The position numbers and the translations under genes were made by a program. From the NCBI GenBank assembly GCA_032718475.1, contig JAUCBJ010003708.1:4285-68284 (forward strand): DNA of 64,000 bases. Reading direction: 5' to 3'. Positions 48,187 through 61,928 of the stretch are shown piece by piece. The DNA comes from Nemertoderma westbladi. Its lineage: Eukaryota > Animalia > Xenacoelomorpha. A model generated the notes under the pieces. It was not told the origin of the DNA. It ran no database searches and was given only the letters and a program-made list of their open reading frames with translations. The first letter of the stretch is position 1. Each line of letters starts with the position of its first letter.

Positions 48187-51100
48187 GTACGCTAGAACAC
48201 AGAACGCCATCCGTAATAATTCATAAACCTCTGATTACCTTCGACCTGATGTGGAATGAACCAGGGACGGATTAAGAGGGTGGGGGCTGAGGGCTACAGC
48301 GTCAGGGGCAGTAAAGTTGGAAGGGGCCCGCAAGTTGGGAGAAATTTACCGTACATATCTCACTGATAAAACAACCTCATTGTCCTCATTTATTTATTAC
48401 GCTAATTTATGGCTGTGCAATAAATATTTATATCTCACATATACTGTAGCACCATTCATAGACTGATAAACCATGCCTGATTAGAGAATTAAATTGAAAC
48501 AAAATAGAAGACCCTCAAATGGTAGGCAACGGATAGCAGAAGCCAAAATGTCATAAATATTTCATTCTAGAACATGTAATTATTTCTTGAGGTGAACCAG
48601 TAGTTTGAAAGGAAGAAGGAAGTTGCATTAACTATTACTGTATTACCTCGACTCGGCTACCCAGACAGCCAGACTATCGACTCGGCTACTAACTAGGCAG
48701 CTAGCCAGGGTGATTATAGAGGCTGTTGCGCTGTCAGTCAGTGTCAGAGAGATGGTAACAGCCAATATGGGGTAAGGATTTACCCCTGGGGCTTTAACTG
48801 TCAGATAGTCTGATACCAACTATCAGACAGTCTTTTTCAACTATCAGATAGATGATCGCCCAGTTACAAGTTGCCCCTCATTTGTATTTTTTTAAACCCC
48901 GAGTGTTGTTGACGGAGTCTGTTACTTCCGAAATCGTTGATCGTGGTGGCGGTGCCGGAATTCTGGCTTTGATTAAAAACACTGAACTGCTGAACGATGG
49001 CGGAATTTACGAAACATGGATTCATAATCCGAGGAGGCGACGGAGTCCATTAAACGTAAACAATGAAACGATCGCGATGGACGCAGTCTATTCAATCCAG
49101 AATCCAGAACGGACGGAACCAACACAACGGTGTCTATGTAAACTCTATGTCTGAAAAGCTGGAACAATGCGAACGAGGCTACTGTAAAGTTCAGAAGTTA
49201 GACTGGTTGTGAGATTAACCTGCCAAAGCCAATAGGCCCTACTACTGTAACTCAATAGAATTCGCTTTCTTCGAATTCCTAATAATACTGTATATTTTTG
49301 TTCGAGCTTTTAGAAGTTAGAAGACTAAGACTTCGATGATTTTCACTGTTAAACCTTATTTATTATCACAGAAATCTTGGTGCTCTAGATAACAAACAGG
49401 TCTACATGGCTTTACGGTAATTACAACAGGCAGACAGGTTGCTAATAAGAATTATACAGTTATAGTGTTGACGCCCTTTAAAGACATGGTATTATGGACC
49501 GGTTGAATTATACTTTGAACTCTGATTTGAGGCAACCTTTTCATGAATATGGAGTAGACAGACTCACACGCGTTTGGGCTATCTAATGATAACATATGTT
49601 CTCATACACACCAATTGATTGTGAATCGAGACTGCTAAATTTGCCGTCCAAAGCTTACCTTGTTAAATATGGATATAAACAAGTTCGAAGGTATGCCGTA
49701 TTAATATCCAAACACAGCATTTCCATATCATTAACAAATATACAATAATTATCCATCAAATACAACAATGGGGTTCACGACTCAAATTCAAAACCCATTA
49801 ATTAGATATGCAATAATATCACAGAAACGCAATGGCGTTTACAGAATTCAATAAGATGATAAAATAGCCGAGATATTGGTGTTTTCATTTTAAAAATTAT
49901 TCAATATTTGAAAACGATCTGTGATTGTTCGTGACGTCACTGTACGCCTCCGAATCCCATTGATATCAACATTCATATACCTAAATACTATCACTATCTT
50001 TGTATAAATTAGGCAGTTTGTTACTGCAGTACTTGCTACATTAGTACTGTAGTACAGTGCAGCAGCTACCGCCTACCGGTACACGTACAAGCCTTCCAGC
50101 AATGTATAGGCCTACTTGCTTATTTATACGGCGAACGGAGAGTAGGTACCCGGGACAACGACAAGCGACAAGGACAGAAGGAGGAGCGAACTTGGGGTAC
50201 CCGGAGCGCCGGAGCCGGAACGCCCGGAGCACAATGGCACCATAAATAATGTGGTACTGGTACCACGTTTTGTTGGAAATTTACTATAATTCATAAACTG
50301 TAAGCCAGATGTTATCAGCAAACATCCTTCTGGTATTAGCAAAGCAGAATACACTACAAAGAAATGTCGCAATGTGTGGCATAAAACTAGCAATCGAATG
50401 TGAAAGAATTCCTTAGAACCCTGAATCATATCTATACACCTAGCAACTTCCAATCAGAAGCTTATTTACTGCATTTGTTTACTAGAGTTCAATTGTAGAA
50501 AATAAAAAAGGCTCTCATTGGCCGCATCCCAACCACTAAGGAGGAGGTAAGGAATGTAGAGAAATGAATGAACTTGTCAGGGCGTGTGGCCTTTACAAAT
50601 CTTATCTAGATATTTAATCAGTACCGGTACTACTGTATGAATCAATTAATCTTATCTGAATATTCAATCAGTTCTATGGCTTGGGAGTACTGTAGAACAG
50701 CGTATTGCTAATAAAATGTGCGTTTTAGTCGCAAAAGCTTTAACAAAATATAAAATATTTTAAGTAATAAATGAAGGATAATTCAAAAAGAGAAACAATT
50801 TCTCCCATTAGAAAGGTTTTAATATTATTCCGGACATTCGATCCGATCTGATATTAAAAATTGATCTGATATTAAACATTGATGGTACACCCTTAACAAT
50901 AATCAGAATTATTTAAAACTTATATCCACTCTTAACAATAATTAATTAGAATTACAATCATTAATTAGTTCATTACCATTATTATTTATTTTGTATTACA
51001 TTATTTAATAAAAAAAACATCATAAAGATAAATTTATTATCATCCGTTATCATTATTTTATTTATTAGTTGATAAAAAAAATAGTTGACTAGGGCTATTT

Positions 51101-51634
51101 AAAACAAGGGGGTAAGATGATGTGGTAGGCTACGTGATAATGTTAGTTTCTCATCAAACCAAACCTATCGATTAACGTCCAAATATATCCATTATCCAAT
51201 TTCGCAATCCATACTAATCAGTTCCGGTAAGTAATAATTATCGCAAGGATATGATTACTGTAGGTACATGATATTCTCAAACCAAACCTATCCATCCATT
51301 GACGTCAAATCTCAATCCATACTATAATCAGTATGTAATAATGTACCCTGTACTGTCAATGTATATTTCATTTTGTTATTTTCTTTTTGTATAATTAAAT
51401 TGCTTAAAGTCCCGCCGGGATATACTGTACATATAGCTGTTACAGCTATGTGTTTCCCATAGAATGTTTATGTTGAATAATGTTCTGATGTTTAACAGTT
51501 TAATGCTGTACTGTAAGGTGTTAAAATAAATGTTTAAAGTGGAAAGTAGGCTAATGTTTAAAGGAAAACGTTAGCAAAAAAGTGGATTTGAAATAATAGT
51601 AATTTCTTACTGTATTACTATTAATTACTATTAA

Positions 51635-53345
51635 CCCAGTTAAACATGAGTATGTGTTTCATATATGGTTGCCATAAATAATTCGACATGTGATACATAT
51701 ATGTAAATGTTACAGTGTTGTCAAATGTGATCCATATGTGGAATGTTCACATGTGATACACATATGTTTTTTATGTGACAAGTGCGACAAAAAGAGTAAA
51801 AATTTAAACTGAGACCGACCAATCACTGGTGTGGGTCTGCATTTCCTATAGAGAGGTGGGGCGGGGGGGGGGGGGGGGTAGCCTACCTCAGTACCATTAT
51901 CCTATCCAATCCCTACACCCTATCCTACGGCCCTACACCTACCCTATACATTTAGAGAAGGAAGCATCGGAGTATATATGAAAATATTTAATCCATAGTG
52001 ATATGAGAGTATCCTTTGTAGATTTTGGTGATGATCCGTAAATTCGTATTCTATTAGTTAGATTTAATTAAGTTATCTAATTTCCAGCTATAATAGATTA
52101 TTCATTTTGATATATCTTCGAAAATTAATTAATTCTAAGATCATATAAATGCTCATATGATATTTTATATCTAATTTTAAGACATCTTTTCCCTACAACA
52201 TATATATACCACATATGAAACATATGTTCAATTTTTTAACGGGATAAGAACTGCAATAGGCCTGCCTACCTTACGGCATGGTATAGTGCAAGTATGTTAT
52301 CTGTCTATGTCTGTACCCCTTACTGATACTTAGCAGCGCAGATGACAATGCACAACCACAACCTGACAAGTGAAAACCACCATACAGTCATACATATGTT
52401 TGTCTAATTCGTTTAATACAGCACTGTACAGTGAAAATGCACAGCACAATGTGCATAGTGCAAGGCAGAAAGCAGGCAAGTCACACACTGCATCACTGAA
52501 CAATTGAGTGGACTATGATAAGCGGTAGGCTTATGCAACGCATTATGCTGTTATGGGTAAAATATAAAATAATTTGCGATTCACTAGCTAAACTGCAAGC
52601 GACACGACGTGGTTAAGAAGAAAGATTGCAGGATCAGACTATGAAATGCCTATCATTTGAAGAATGTGTCCCACCACCAGCCCTCCAATGCAATAAACAA
52701 AACAATTGGACGATCGACTATGGTTACTTCAATTTAGTGTCCATACAGCCTTCACAGATCATTCAAACCTTATAGCAGGCCTATGTCTGTATGTATTGAT
52801 TATACATTATATGGTTAAATAGCCGGTACTTTGAAAATACAGTATAACAAAAAATATAGATTCAACGTATTATACTGCTGATTAAAACGATATTTGTTCT
52901 TAATGCAAAAAGCTGAGTAATGACATCAACAAATTCCGCATCCCCCCTCGTTATTCTTTTCTGTACATGTATTACTGTAAGGCCTGTATTACCATAAGGC
53001 AAACATGTGTGCAACATATAAAATCCATGAACTGGATTACAAAATTACGAATTTAATAGTTTATAGATTGAAATTTAACTTCGGAGTCTTGGCTATGGCT
53101 ATTTCACATATGCTCGACATATATTATTCCCATGCGCATTCTCACACATTTATTTATGATAAATTCATATGTGCAACATATAAAAACCATAAATGGCGAT
53201 ACACACATTCTAAGTGTATGTATCACCGCATGCGTGACATGTATTATTCATACATGAGCATAAAAACCCAATTTCCAGACACACCTATTCCATACAACAT
53301 ATATATATATACCACATATGAAACATAAGTTCATGTTTAACTGGG
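51635..53345. mobile_element. Non-autonomous TIR element (CCC termini, CMC/EnSpm-like)
   Basis: CCCAGTTAAACATGA...TCATGTTTAACTGGG, AA on both flanks, subterminal CATATG repeats; a third degenerate right end near 52223. Confidence 0.6.
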
Positions 53346-53600
53346 AACATTTACTTTTATTTTCAATTAGATTTATCTGAAATCATTCACGAGTTCAGTA
53401 GTCACAATCACAAAGGCTAGGAAAATTGGGACGGCTGGGGCCCATATTCCTTCCCCCTGTCCCTGCCCTCCTGGCTGCCTGGAAGGAACACACAGATACA
53501 ATACTGCAATAGCAATATGCATAGGCAATTACCTTAACAGATTAATATCACCTAGCCAGTAGCAATTTACTGGTCTACAGTCTACTGTCAGACTGTACTA

Positions 53601-54518
53601 CCGGTGTAACAGGAAAATATGCCCCCCCGGGAAATGTGCCCGGGGGGGCATATTTTCCTAGGAAAAAATGCCCCCCCGGGCAAATTTCCCTAGGAAAAAA
53701 TGCCCCCCCTTAGGAAATTATGCCCCCCCTGAATTATACAATAAACAAAACTTATTACTACTAAAACTTACAAAAATTATACAAAACAACAAACAGTCAC
53801 TTTACCAAATGAAGGAAAGGAGCAGGTTACAGAGGCATGCCTTTCTAACCAAAACAATAAACGATCATTTAACTAATTGAGGGAAAGGAGCAGGTTACAG
53901 AGGCGGGTTTTCTAACCAAAACTAATAAACAGTCACTTTAGCAAATCAGGGAAAGGAGCAGGTTACAGAGACGGAATTTTCTAACCAAAACAATATACGA
54001 TAACATTACCAATTGAGAGAAAGGAGCAGGTTACAGAGGCGGGATTTTCTAACCAAAACAATAAAACAATCACTTTACCAAATCAGGGAAAGGAGCAGGT
54101 TACAGACTTAAAAAAGCTTGGAGCTGCTCGGCGCCCACACAACACCACACACTCGCACTGCTGTTATACCAGTACTTACTACAGTAGCCTACTGACTTAG
54201 ATACTTCAGTATGCTGTTCTACATCCCTTACTGCCTTACCTGCTTACCTACCGGCAGACCGGTACCGTACTATTCTTCCAACTATTACAAGTTCTGCAGT
54301 TGGTAGATTAAAAGTGGCTACCAGCAGACCGGTATCGTACAAGTTTTCAGACTTTTGAGGGGGGCTAATTTTCCTGAGGGGAGGCATTATTTCCTAAGGA
54401 GAAAATGCCCCCCCGGGCTAAATTTCCTAGGAAAAATTGCCCGGGGGGACATAATATCCTAGGAAATAATGCCCCGGGGGGCATATTCTAGGGGGGGCTG
54501 ATTTCCTTGTGACACCGG
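53601..54518. mobile_element. MITE with TA flanks and internal ~65-bp tandem repeats
   Basis: TA|CCGGTGTAACAGGAAA...TTTCCTTGTGACACCGG|TA; GC-run subterminal repeats; GGAAAGGAGCAGGTTACAGA-containing unit about 5 times at 53790-54110. Confidence 0.8.
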
Positions 54519-54604
54519 TACTTGAAAGTTGAACTTCACTTCTGAACTTGAGCCTAACCATATCCCAGTATCAAGACAGCATATTACAGTATTATACAGT
54601 CAGT

Positions 54605-55425
54605 ATGACGGAGGTGGACTTACCCGTTCATGCAAAGGCCGTGCCGTTAGCTACACCCGAAATAACAGATACACCGGCGCGAATACCAAAGAACCCAGAC
54701 AATGACACTGATAAAGATCACGAGAAGGGCGACGCCAATAATGGGGGACTTTACAACATGGAACCGGGAGAAAAAACGCCGAGGGAAGAAACGCTGAATG
54801 AACCGAAACCTAATAAAGACAAAACAACTCGTTTAGACGAACCGGATTCTCGCGTCGCTGACGAAGGCGATGGAATGAGCGTCTTCACCTACGTCATGGT
54901 AAAAGATTTCCGTTTCTACTACTCGCACCCGTATTCCCGACTTATTATCGCTTACTCTATAATAATATTAAACTTCCTCATATTGGCTGAGGATCCAGTT
55001 ACGCACAGTCGCAAAGAGGCCGAGATACCGGTAGTCGGTCACGCTATATCGCTGGTACTAACTCGCTACCCTCCTGAACCAGGATATGCCTTCATGAAAG
55101 TTCTCGGATGGATATTAGCCATAATTATCGGGATGCTTTTAGGTAAATTTGTATTCCATCAATTATTTTTCGGGAGTCTCCTCAGATTAAAGATGTTCCG
55201 GGATTCTCAAGGTTCGTGGATGATCATGTTTCTCTCTACTCTCGCTCTTCTCTTTCTGTTTGCGGTTACCTACAGCGCACTGATGGTTTGGTGGAGCGCG
55301 GGAAGACTAGAGGAATACTCGCTTAATGGGCAGATTAGCATATCTAACGAATGGTTTATGAAGTTTGCGGGTTGTGGTACCTGGTTGGGAGACTTCGTTA
55401 CGGCCTGGATGGTCACTGATATGAT
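54605..55425 (+). CDS. TMEM117: Transmembrane protein 117, N-terminal part (one large exon; remainder not seen)
   Basis: KDFRFYYSHPYSRLIIAY...NFLILAEDPVTHS, GKFVFHQ...LLRLKMFRD.GSWM, GTWLGDFVTAWMVTDMM match TMEM117; similarity stops at a GTTAGT donor-like site (55426). Confidence 0.88.
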
Positions 55426-56014
55426 GTTAGTTTTTATAATATATACAGATGTGTCAGATACAGATACGGAAGTTTAGTCATCTCATGTTTTTTCTATCAC
55501 ATTTTTTGGATTGATCTGTGTTTTTATTCAAATTACTAATGACTATCGCCTGTCAAAATTACATTAATTAAATTTCAGGGGAGGACATGAGACTAATTCC
55601 GGGGAGGGAGCATCTAAACTCTGTCAAATACAATCCTTATAAAGAGATAAATCCTGCTCCATCATAAGATCTTAAATATAATATGTTGGGAGAGCGCATG
55701 GGCATACAGCTGATACACCATCAGTGTACTATAATTATTTAAATATTAGCGCGAGGATTTATTACAACATAATTGTGTATTTAAACTCTCCCCTAAATCA
55801 GCCAATCGCTAAGGGGAGGATAAAATCACATAAATGTGTCCATTTATATCATCCCCTAAAATAGGAGGAGAAATTAATCAATTTGTGAATTATTAAATAA
55901 TGAATTATGATAATTGATTATGTAAATAATAAATCCGTGCGCTTTTGGAGGTGAAATATATGTTTTTACGTGTGATTTAATGTAGCGGGGTGTTAAAACC
56001 AAATGTATGCCATA

Positions 56015-56225
56015 GTGCAGTGCACGTCATACCTATGCATTGTACTTCATACTGTTGCAGTGCACTTCATACTGGTGCATTGTGCTTCGTACTGTTGCAG
56101 TGCACTGTTTAATTAGTGCACTTCATACTGGTGCAGTGCACTTCATGCTGGTGCAGTGTACTTCGTACTGGTGCAGTGCACTTCGTACTGGTGCAGTGCA
56201 CTTCATAGTGGTGCAGAGCACTTAC
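56015..56225. repeat. 20-bp minisatellite GTGCAGTGCACTTCATACTG
   Basis: About 10 degenerate tandem units. Confidence 0.85.
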
Positions 56226-57573
56226 TATAGAATAATAGAGAACGAGCGTAACGAACGAGGCCTGTAAATTGGGCGGGTAGAGTACTATACCTGTACACTA
56301 ACTATTAGTAAATGACCTGACCAAGTTTATAGTACATTGAAATATATGATTTATTATTTGCAATTGTAAAATAAGTGCCTTTAATTGACAAAGTACCGGT
56401 ACCTACAGTATGGCGCAAAACAAATTAATGTAACATAAGTAGTAATGTAATTGCCCACCTCGGCGACAGTTAGACCAACTTCACACCTTGGGTGTTAAGT
56501 AGGTCATTAATTAATTAAACAATTAATTAATTGGTCGATTAAACAATTAATTAATTGTTTAATCAATCGATTTGTATCAAATAATGTTGCCAAAGGCAAT
56601 TTAATTTGACACAAATCAATCAGATAGGGACGCGAGATGAATAGATTGTACTACAGCAAATGAAATATACAATACAATAGGAACAATAATGCAATACACA
56701 GTACGTTTGTATTATTTTTGCCATACAATAGAATGATAGAATGAAATATAAAGACGCGAGCGGGGCCCAAAACATAAATTACCCTTTCAAGAAAATAAAA
56801 TGGACCAGTTTGGCCCTAGCTCATTCCCTCAATAATCTGTGGCTGTTTGGGCTCTTATTAGACGTAGCATGACTAACCCCACCATTGAATCCTATGTTGA
56901 GTTATACTGTATACCAACGTTGGGCTGCCACAAAGTTTAAATTATTTAAATTATCATTCGTTATCATGTAAACCATTGTCAAATCGCCTAAGAAAATTAT
57001 AATAAACAGCTGGTCTTGCAATAGATTATTCTTCTTTCACAACTCCATTCTAGCCTCCCTCTATAATAGCCCCCATTCACCGCATTCCCATTCATTCTCT
57101 AATTTTATTTTTAAAAGTTTTATTTATTTTCATAAAATAGATCCCTCCCTCACTCCCTCATTCCTGTACACTAGCTTTGACTCTCCCAGCTATAGTGATA
57201 GTATGCAACCTTGGGAGTTAATGTGCGGTCTTATGAGTAAAGGGCAAGATATGAGACTTCAGGTTGCCTCCATTGATTCACTCTTCTTAACTTTATAAAA
57301 TAACTCCACCCTTATTTAAAGTTTTAAAAATTATGACTTAGTCGACTAATTTTCCAAAATATATTATAAAAAACATATAATTTCTTGAATAAATAGACCT
57401 AATAGTAATAAATATTGTTGGCAAATACATTTATAATACTAATATAATAATTAAGGATAAATACTCCTAATACTAATACTAATATAATTGTTATGGATAA
57501 ATAGTCCTAATACTATTATGAAAGGAACTCAAACAAACAAATGTCAATAGCGTCCTCCTACGCGGGCATATAC

Positions 57574-59006
57574 TGTACGAGAGTTTTTTATCATAGGTCT
57601 TCGAAAATAAGTAAAAGCTGGTTGATTTTCTTTACTTTCATCTTCCTCATTAACCAACTGTTTCTTAATTTTATTCAATTGTTCATTAATTTTCAGTAAT
57701 TTACTTTTATTTCCCAGAACCTGTCTTAATATCTCTTCTCTATTTTTGTTCGCGCTTTCAGACCTTTGGCAGTTTAACCCGCCAAATTAAGATGTCTTCT
57801 AGATATTAAATCGCTTTTTAGCCTATGACAAGTATTTGATTCACTACACTAGTCGAAACCAATCTGTGCGCGATCATTCACCCGCTGGATATTCCCGGGA
57901 GATTGGGTTCGACGGTTTAATTTTATTGCTATGTAAGCCTAATGTATTATTCGACTGACAGTATTATGTAATCTCTGACAATATTATTCACCTTCGGGAA
58001 TATTAACAGTTCCTTTAGGACGTGGCGCTTTATCTATATAAACAGAGTTATGACTTAAACTACTCACAACGATATGGCTTAATTATAATTCACATATATG
58101 GCGCATTCTTTAGGAATTGCTTCTTTAACAGACTCACTCATACACAATGCTGCACAATACTGCACACTAATCTGCCAATCTTCACTGATTTTAGTCACAT
58201 ATAAAAGGAACACAGACTGACTCATGTAGGGTCTATCAAATAACATTAGATTCACTTCAAACCACTTTAACATAAGTCACAATCGTTATTGGTAACCTTT
58301 CTCTCTTACCTTCGGTATATCAAGAATATTGGGTTTTCGGGGTTATTTCTCGTTATTCCAATATAATAATTCATCAACCAATATAATGAATAACCGACAA
58401 CAAATAGCAGTATACAGTATTGATTGAGCAGGTAAATTTTAGCAGTTTCAGCAGTTATTAAAAGCCGTGTGTCAGCAGTATTCACAGATCAGTGATTCCA
58501 TGAGTTAAAGGATATATGTCCTTATAATTAAACCTACTAGTGTTGAGCTAAAAGCAGAAAGCACAAAACACTACAAAGCCGTTCTTTCGTGGCTTTGAAA
58601 AACTCGTGACTACTGCTCTATACGAGGATACCAACTACCCTTATTCCACGAAGCTCCCGTTCAACACAGAGAAAGAGCAGTGAGATAGGAAAATTTCAGT
58701 TCAGTAGCTCTGTGATAGGTCAAAATCAAGGCTAACTCAAATTCTATTGGGAGATACAAAAAGTTGCAACGTGGCAATATCAGCCGTTAGCCGTCGTCAT
58801 GGTAGCGACACTGTTTTCAAGAGTATCGAGCCTTTTACGTCACGAAATTACAGATTATGTCCTCTAAAGTACAAATACACAAGAAATGGCTTTTATGTCC
58901 TCCAAAACACCAGTACAGCAAGGACACGGCCTTTTTATGCCTGGTAAACCAACCACAGAGTACTTTATGGGGATAATAACCGGCTAATTACGCAAAAGCT
59001 TTTACA
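57574..59006 (-). repeat. 3' LTR of the sister element; outer end 57574 or 57747 uncertain
   Basis: Starts TGTAAAAGCTTTTG; patchy similarity to the first element's LTR down to 57747; a similar terminus AAAACTCTCGTACA at 57574. Confidence 0.7.
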
Positions 59007-61928
59007 CCGCTCCCAGAAAATGGGATTTAAGTCTATAAAATATAACAAATCACAGTTTCTAAAATATAAAGATACTCTAAACAGTTAGTCTTTCTTACGC
59101 AGACGGCGTTTACGCAGTTTTTTGAGGCTAGCAAGAGTCCTTTTCTCTTTAGGGCGAGCCACTTTACTAGGAGGGCTATAAATCATTGGTGAAGGGTGCA
59201 ATATGATTGCATCAGAAGGTGTAGGATTATGGTCGAGGTATCTGCCGTTTCGATATGCTTCTCCTCGAGCTGATTTTCCTCCGCTCGTAGCTGGATACGT
59301 TCATCCAAAAACTCTCGCAGAGAATAGGATCGTCCAAGTTCGATAACTTCTTAGAGATTCTGGATTTCCCAATCGAATTGAGATAAGGCCAATTCGTTTA
59401 TCGATTGGACTTACTGTTATAACTTACGTTTATCTGAACAAACGCAGGTTTCTCTTTTGATCTTTATAGAATAGCGTTTAACTCGTTTCGTACAAAGCTC
59501 TCCTTCACCTTGATGAGGGGTTGTATCGCGTTAAACAGGGACGACCATACGGTTGGATAGTGATATTAGGTGTCCGCGTCACAATCCGGCTAGGTAAGAT
59601 GGGCGGCTAGCTAGAAATCACTGTCGGAGTGTTACCGATTAATTGTTAGGGTAGCACTAGATCTTTGAACAGTGAATACAGTCCGCGAGGATCCGCGACA
59701 CCACCAGGATCGCAGGTCTGAGGTCCAACTAAGGAATGAGGAGGTTTGACCGAGTATTCCGGGACTCTGATCGTAGGTTTACTCCAGGATCGTTCGAGCC
59801 GAGTGAGCATAGGTGATACGTCAACAAGTTTCGGTTTCCGTGGATGTTTATGTCTTTCCGTTTATTAGTTGGGTCTAGGGCATTTATCGTAATAATACCA
59901 AAGACGCACGTCTGGTAAGGTAAACGCGGGTGATATTTATTTGTTGTTACAATGCTTCTATCAAGAATTCCAAATATACGTTGGAGTTACCGCGTCCATT
60001 TGTTTCTTTAGTGTCTTTTCTTTCGAGTCGATTTCGAATAGAATTTTCGCATTCGAATTTCAGTTTATGGTTCCGACTCCGCTGGGCAGGATATATAGTC
60101 GACATAGTCCGTATTGTGTAAATCGATAGGATGACCAGTAGTTAAGAAGCCCATATACGTACCATTACGCTGCGTATATCGAGCAGCGAATTTTCTATAG
60201 TCCAACTCACGCGTGAGCTGCTCTTGGGACATTGTCGGTTCGATATAACGACCATCGTCCTCCGCAGCAGTTGGACTAACGTCGCCGCGTATTAAGCTAT
60301 CAACAAACGCTTGTAAAAGTAGGGTATATCGCTCCCCGATACCAAGACCATCTTCTATCAACTCCGTCATATCTGCTATATATGAGTTTATCCATATTAT
60401 AATGAGTCCACATTTAGGCGAGCGGGCGTCGCTGCCTACCCCAATCAACCCCCGGACAGTACGAGATCCTCAGCACCGATGTGTCGTCGCCGCCGTACTT
60501 TCGCCAACGACGTAGCCGCACAACGACAACGACAACCGGCACAAGTCACTCGACTGTCCGTCCCAAAGGCTTAGATGTACTTCAGGTTTTCCTTGGAGAG
60601 TTAGGTTACTTTTACGATTGCGACTAGCTACTGTAAACACACTTTAGCAGTAACATTCACCTAACCTATAAACTCACAAATACCACACAACTGGTCACAA
60701 CTACGCACATTCGGGCCATTTGTCCGTTAGTCAATGCCCTCCAGAATGTCACTGTATTATTATGTATCCTTGGATACTAGTAGTGCGCTATTTATTCCCT
60801 ATGCTATTCAATGGGACAAGCTTTCTATTGTTCTTTTTACTCAATTCTAATTCTAGCGTGGTTGTTGCTATGGTGACATTATGCAAAGCTAGCGGTAGAA
60901 TTAGGGTAATTCCAATGCATACAGATCTGGGATGTTATTTAATAGTATTCTTTAATAGTCAATGTTCTGTTTTATACATGACTTTATGAATTTTATCGGC
61001 TATTGACTATGTTTGGGAGACTTTCACACTCTCATACGCATGATAAGATAAATCTCTGCTCCCTTGATCTATTAATTAATGGAATTTTGGGAATGTTATA
61101 AATTGCGTAAAAATGGCAATTTATTAAATTCATTAAAAGGCATGAATTTAAATTTATTCCCTGAAATTTTATTATTTGATAATTAAATTGACATATTTTG
61201 ATTCCAGAACATGTCTGGGGACACAAGATCCTTAATTCTATGAAAATTGTCTTTTTAAGAATATCGGTAAATGCTACGATATCTTAATTGACTAGAATTG
61301 TTGAAGGATCTGAATTTTACAGATTTTAATTTATTAGATTTGCAAATATCAAATAATTAATATTTGAGATGGGCACCGATTTATTCCAGAACTTGTCTGG
61401 GGACGTTAACCACTGATTCTAGAATTTGTCTTTCAAGTATATCGGTGGGTGCCGCGATATCTTAATCGACTAGAATTACAGATGGTCAAAAGGTTTAACA
61501 GATTTATGTGCGTTTTACGCTACTGTTAGAGGGACATCACGCTACTATATGTATTATTATATACGGTATGAGAGCAATATCGCACGAAGCAATGTCAGTG
61601 TGAAGAGGCAAGTCGTTTCCAAGGTCTACCCAGAGCTTGGTTTAGCCGAGACACGAGGATCTGAACTTTGCATTCCTAATACTCTGCCTACCAATAATAC
61701 TTAAATATAGTAGTGGCTTTATTGTACTTTAATAAGTACGGACATTTCATCTTACTGTAGTCACGTATTTATAATATAATACGGACAGTAAGGAAAGAGA
61801 AAAATAATTATTTCTTCGCCGTCTCACTAAATATAATATAAGTAATTACGTACGTAATAAACACGAATATATTGCACTATTCTACAAAATAATCGCTAAA
61901 TAATATTCTACTAAATTAAATAAAACGA

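Noticed and set aside
47983-48195. Repetitive 70-aa ORF
   Set aside because: Translation of the 63-bp minisatellite; an upstream unit has a stop in this frame.
48852-49691. Possible coding exons
   Set aside because: Coding-like composition but multiple stops and no recognisable homology.
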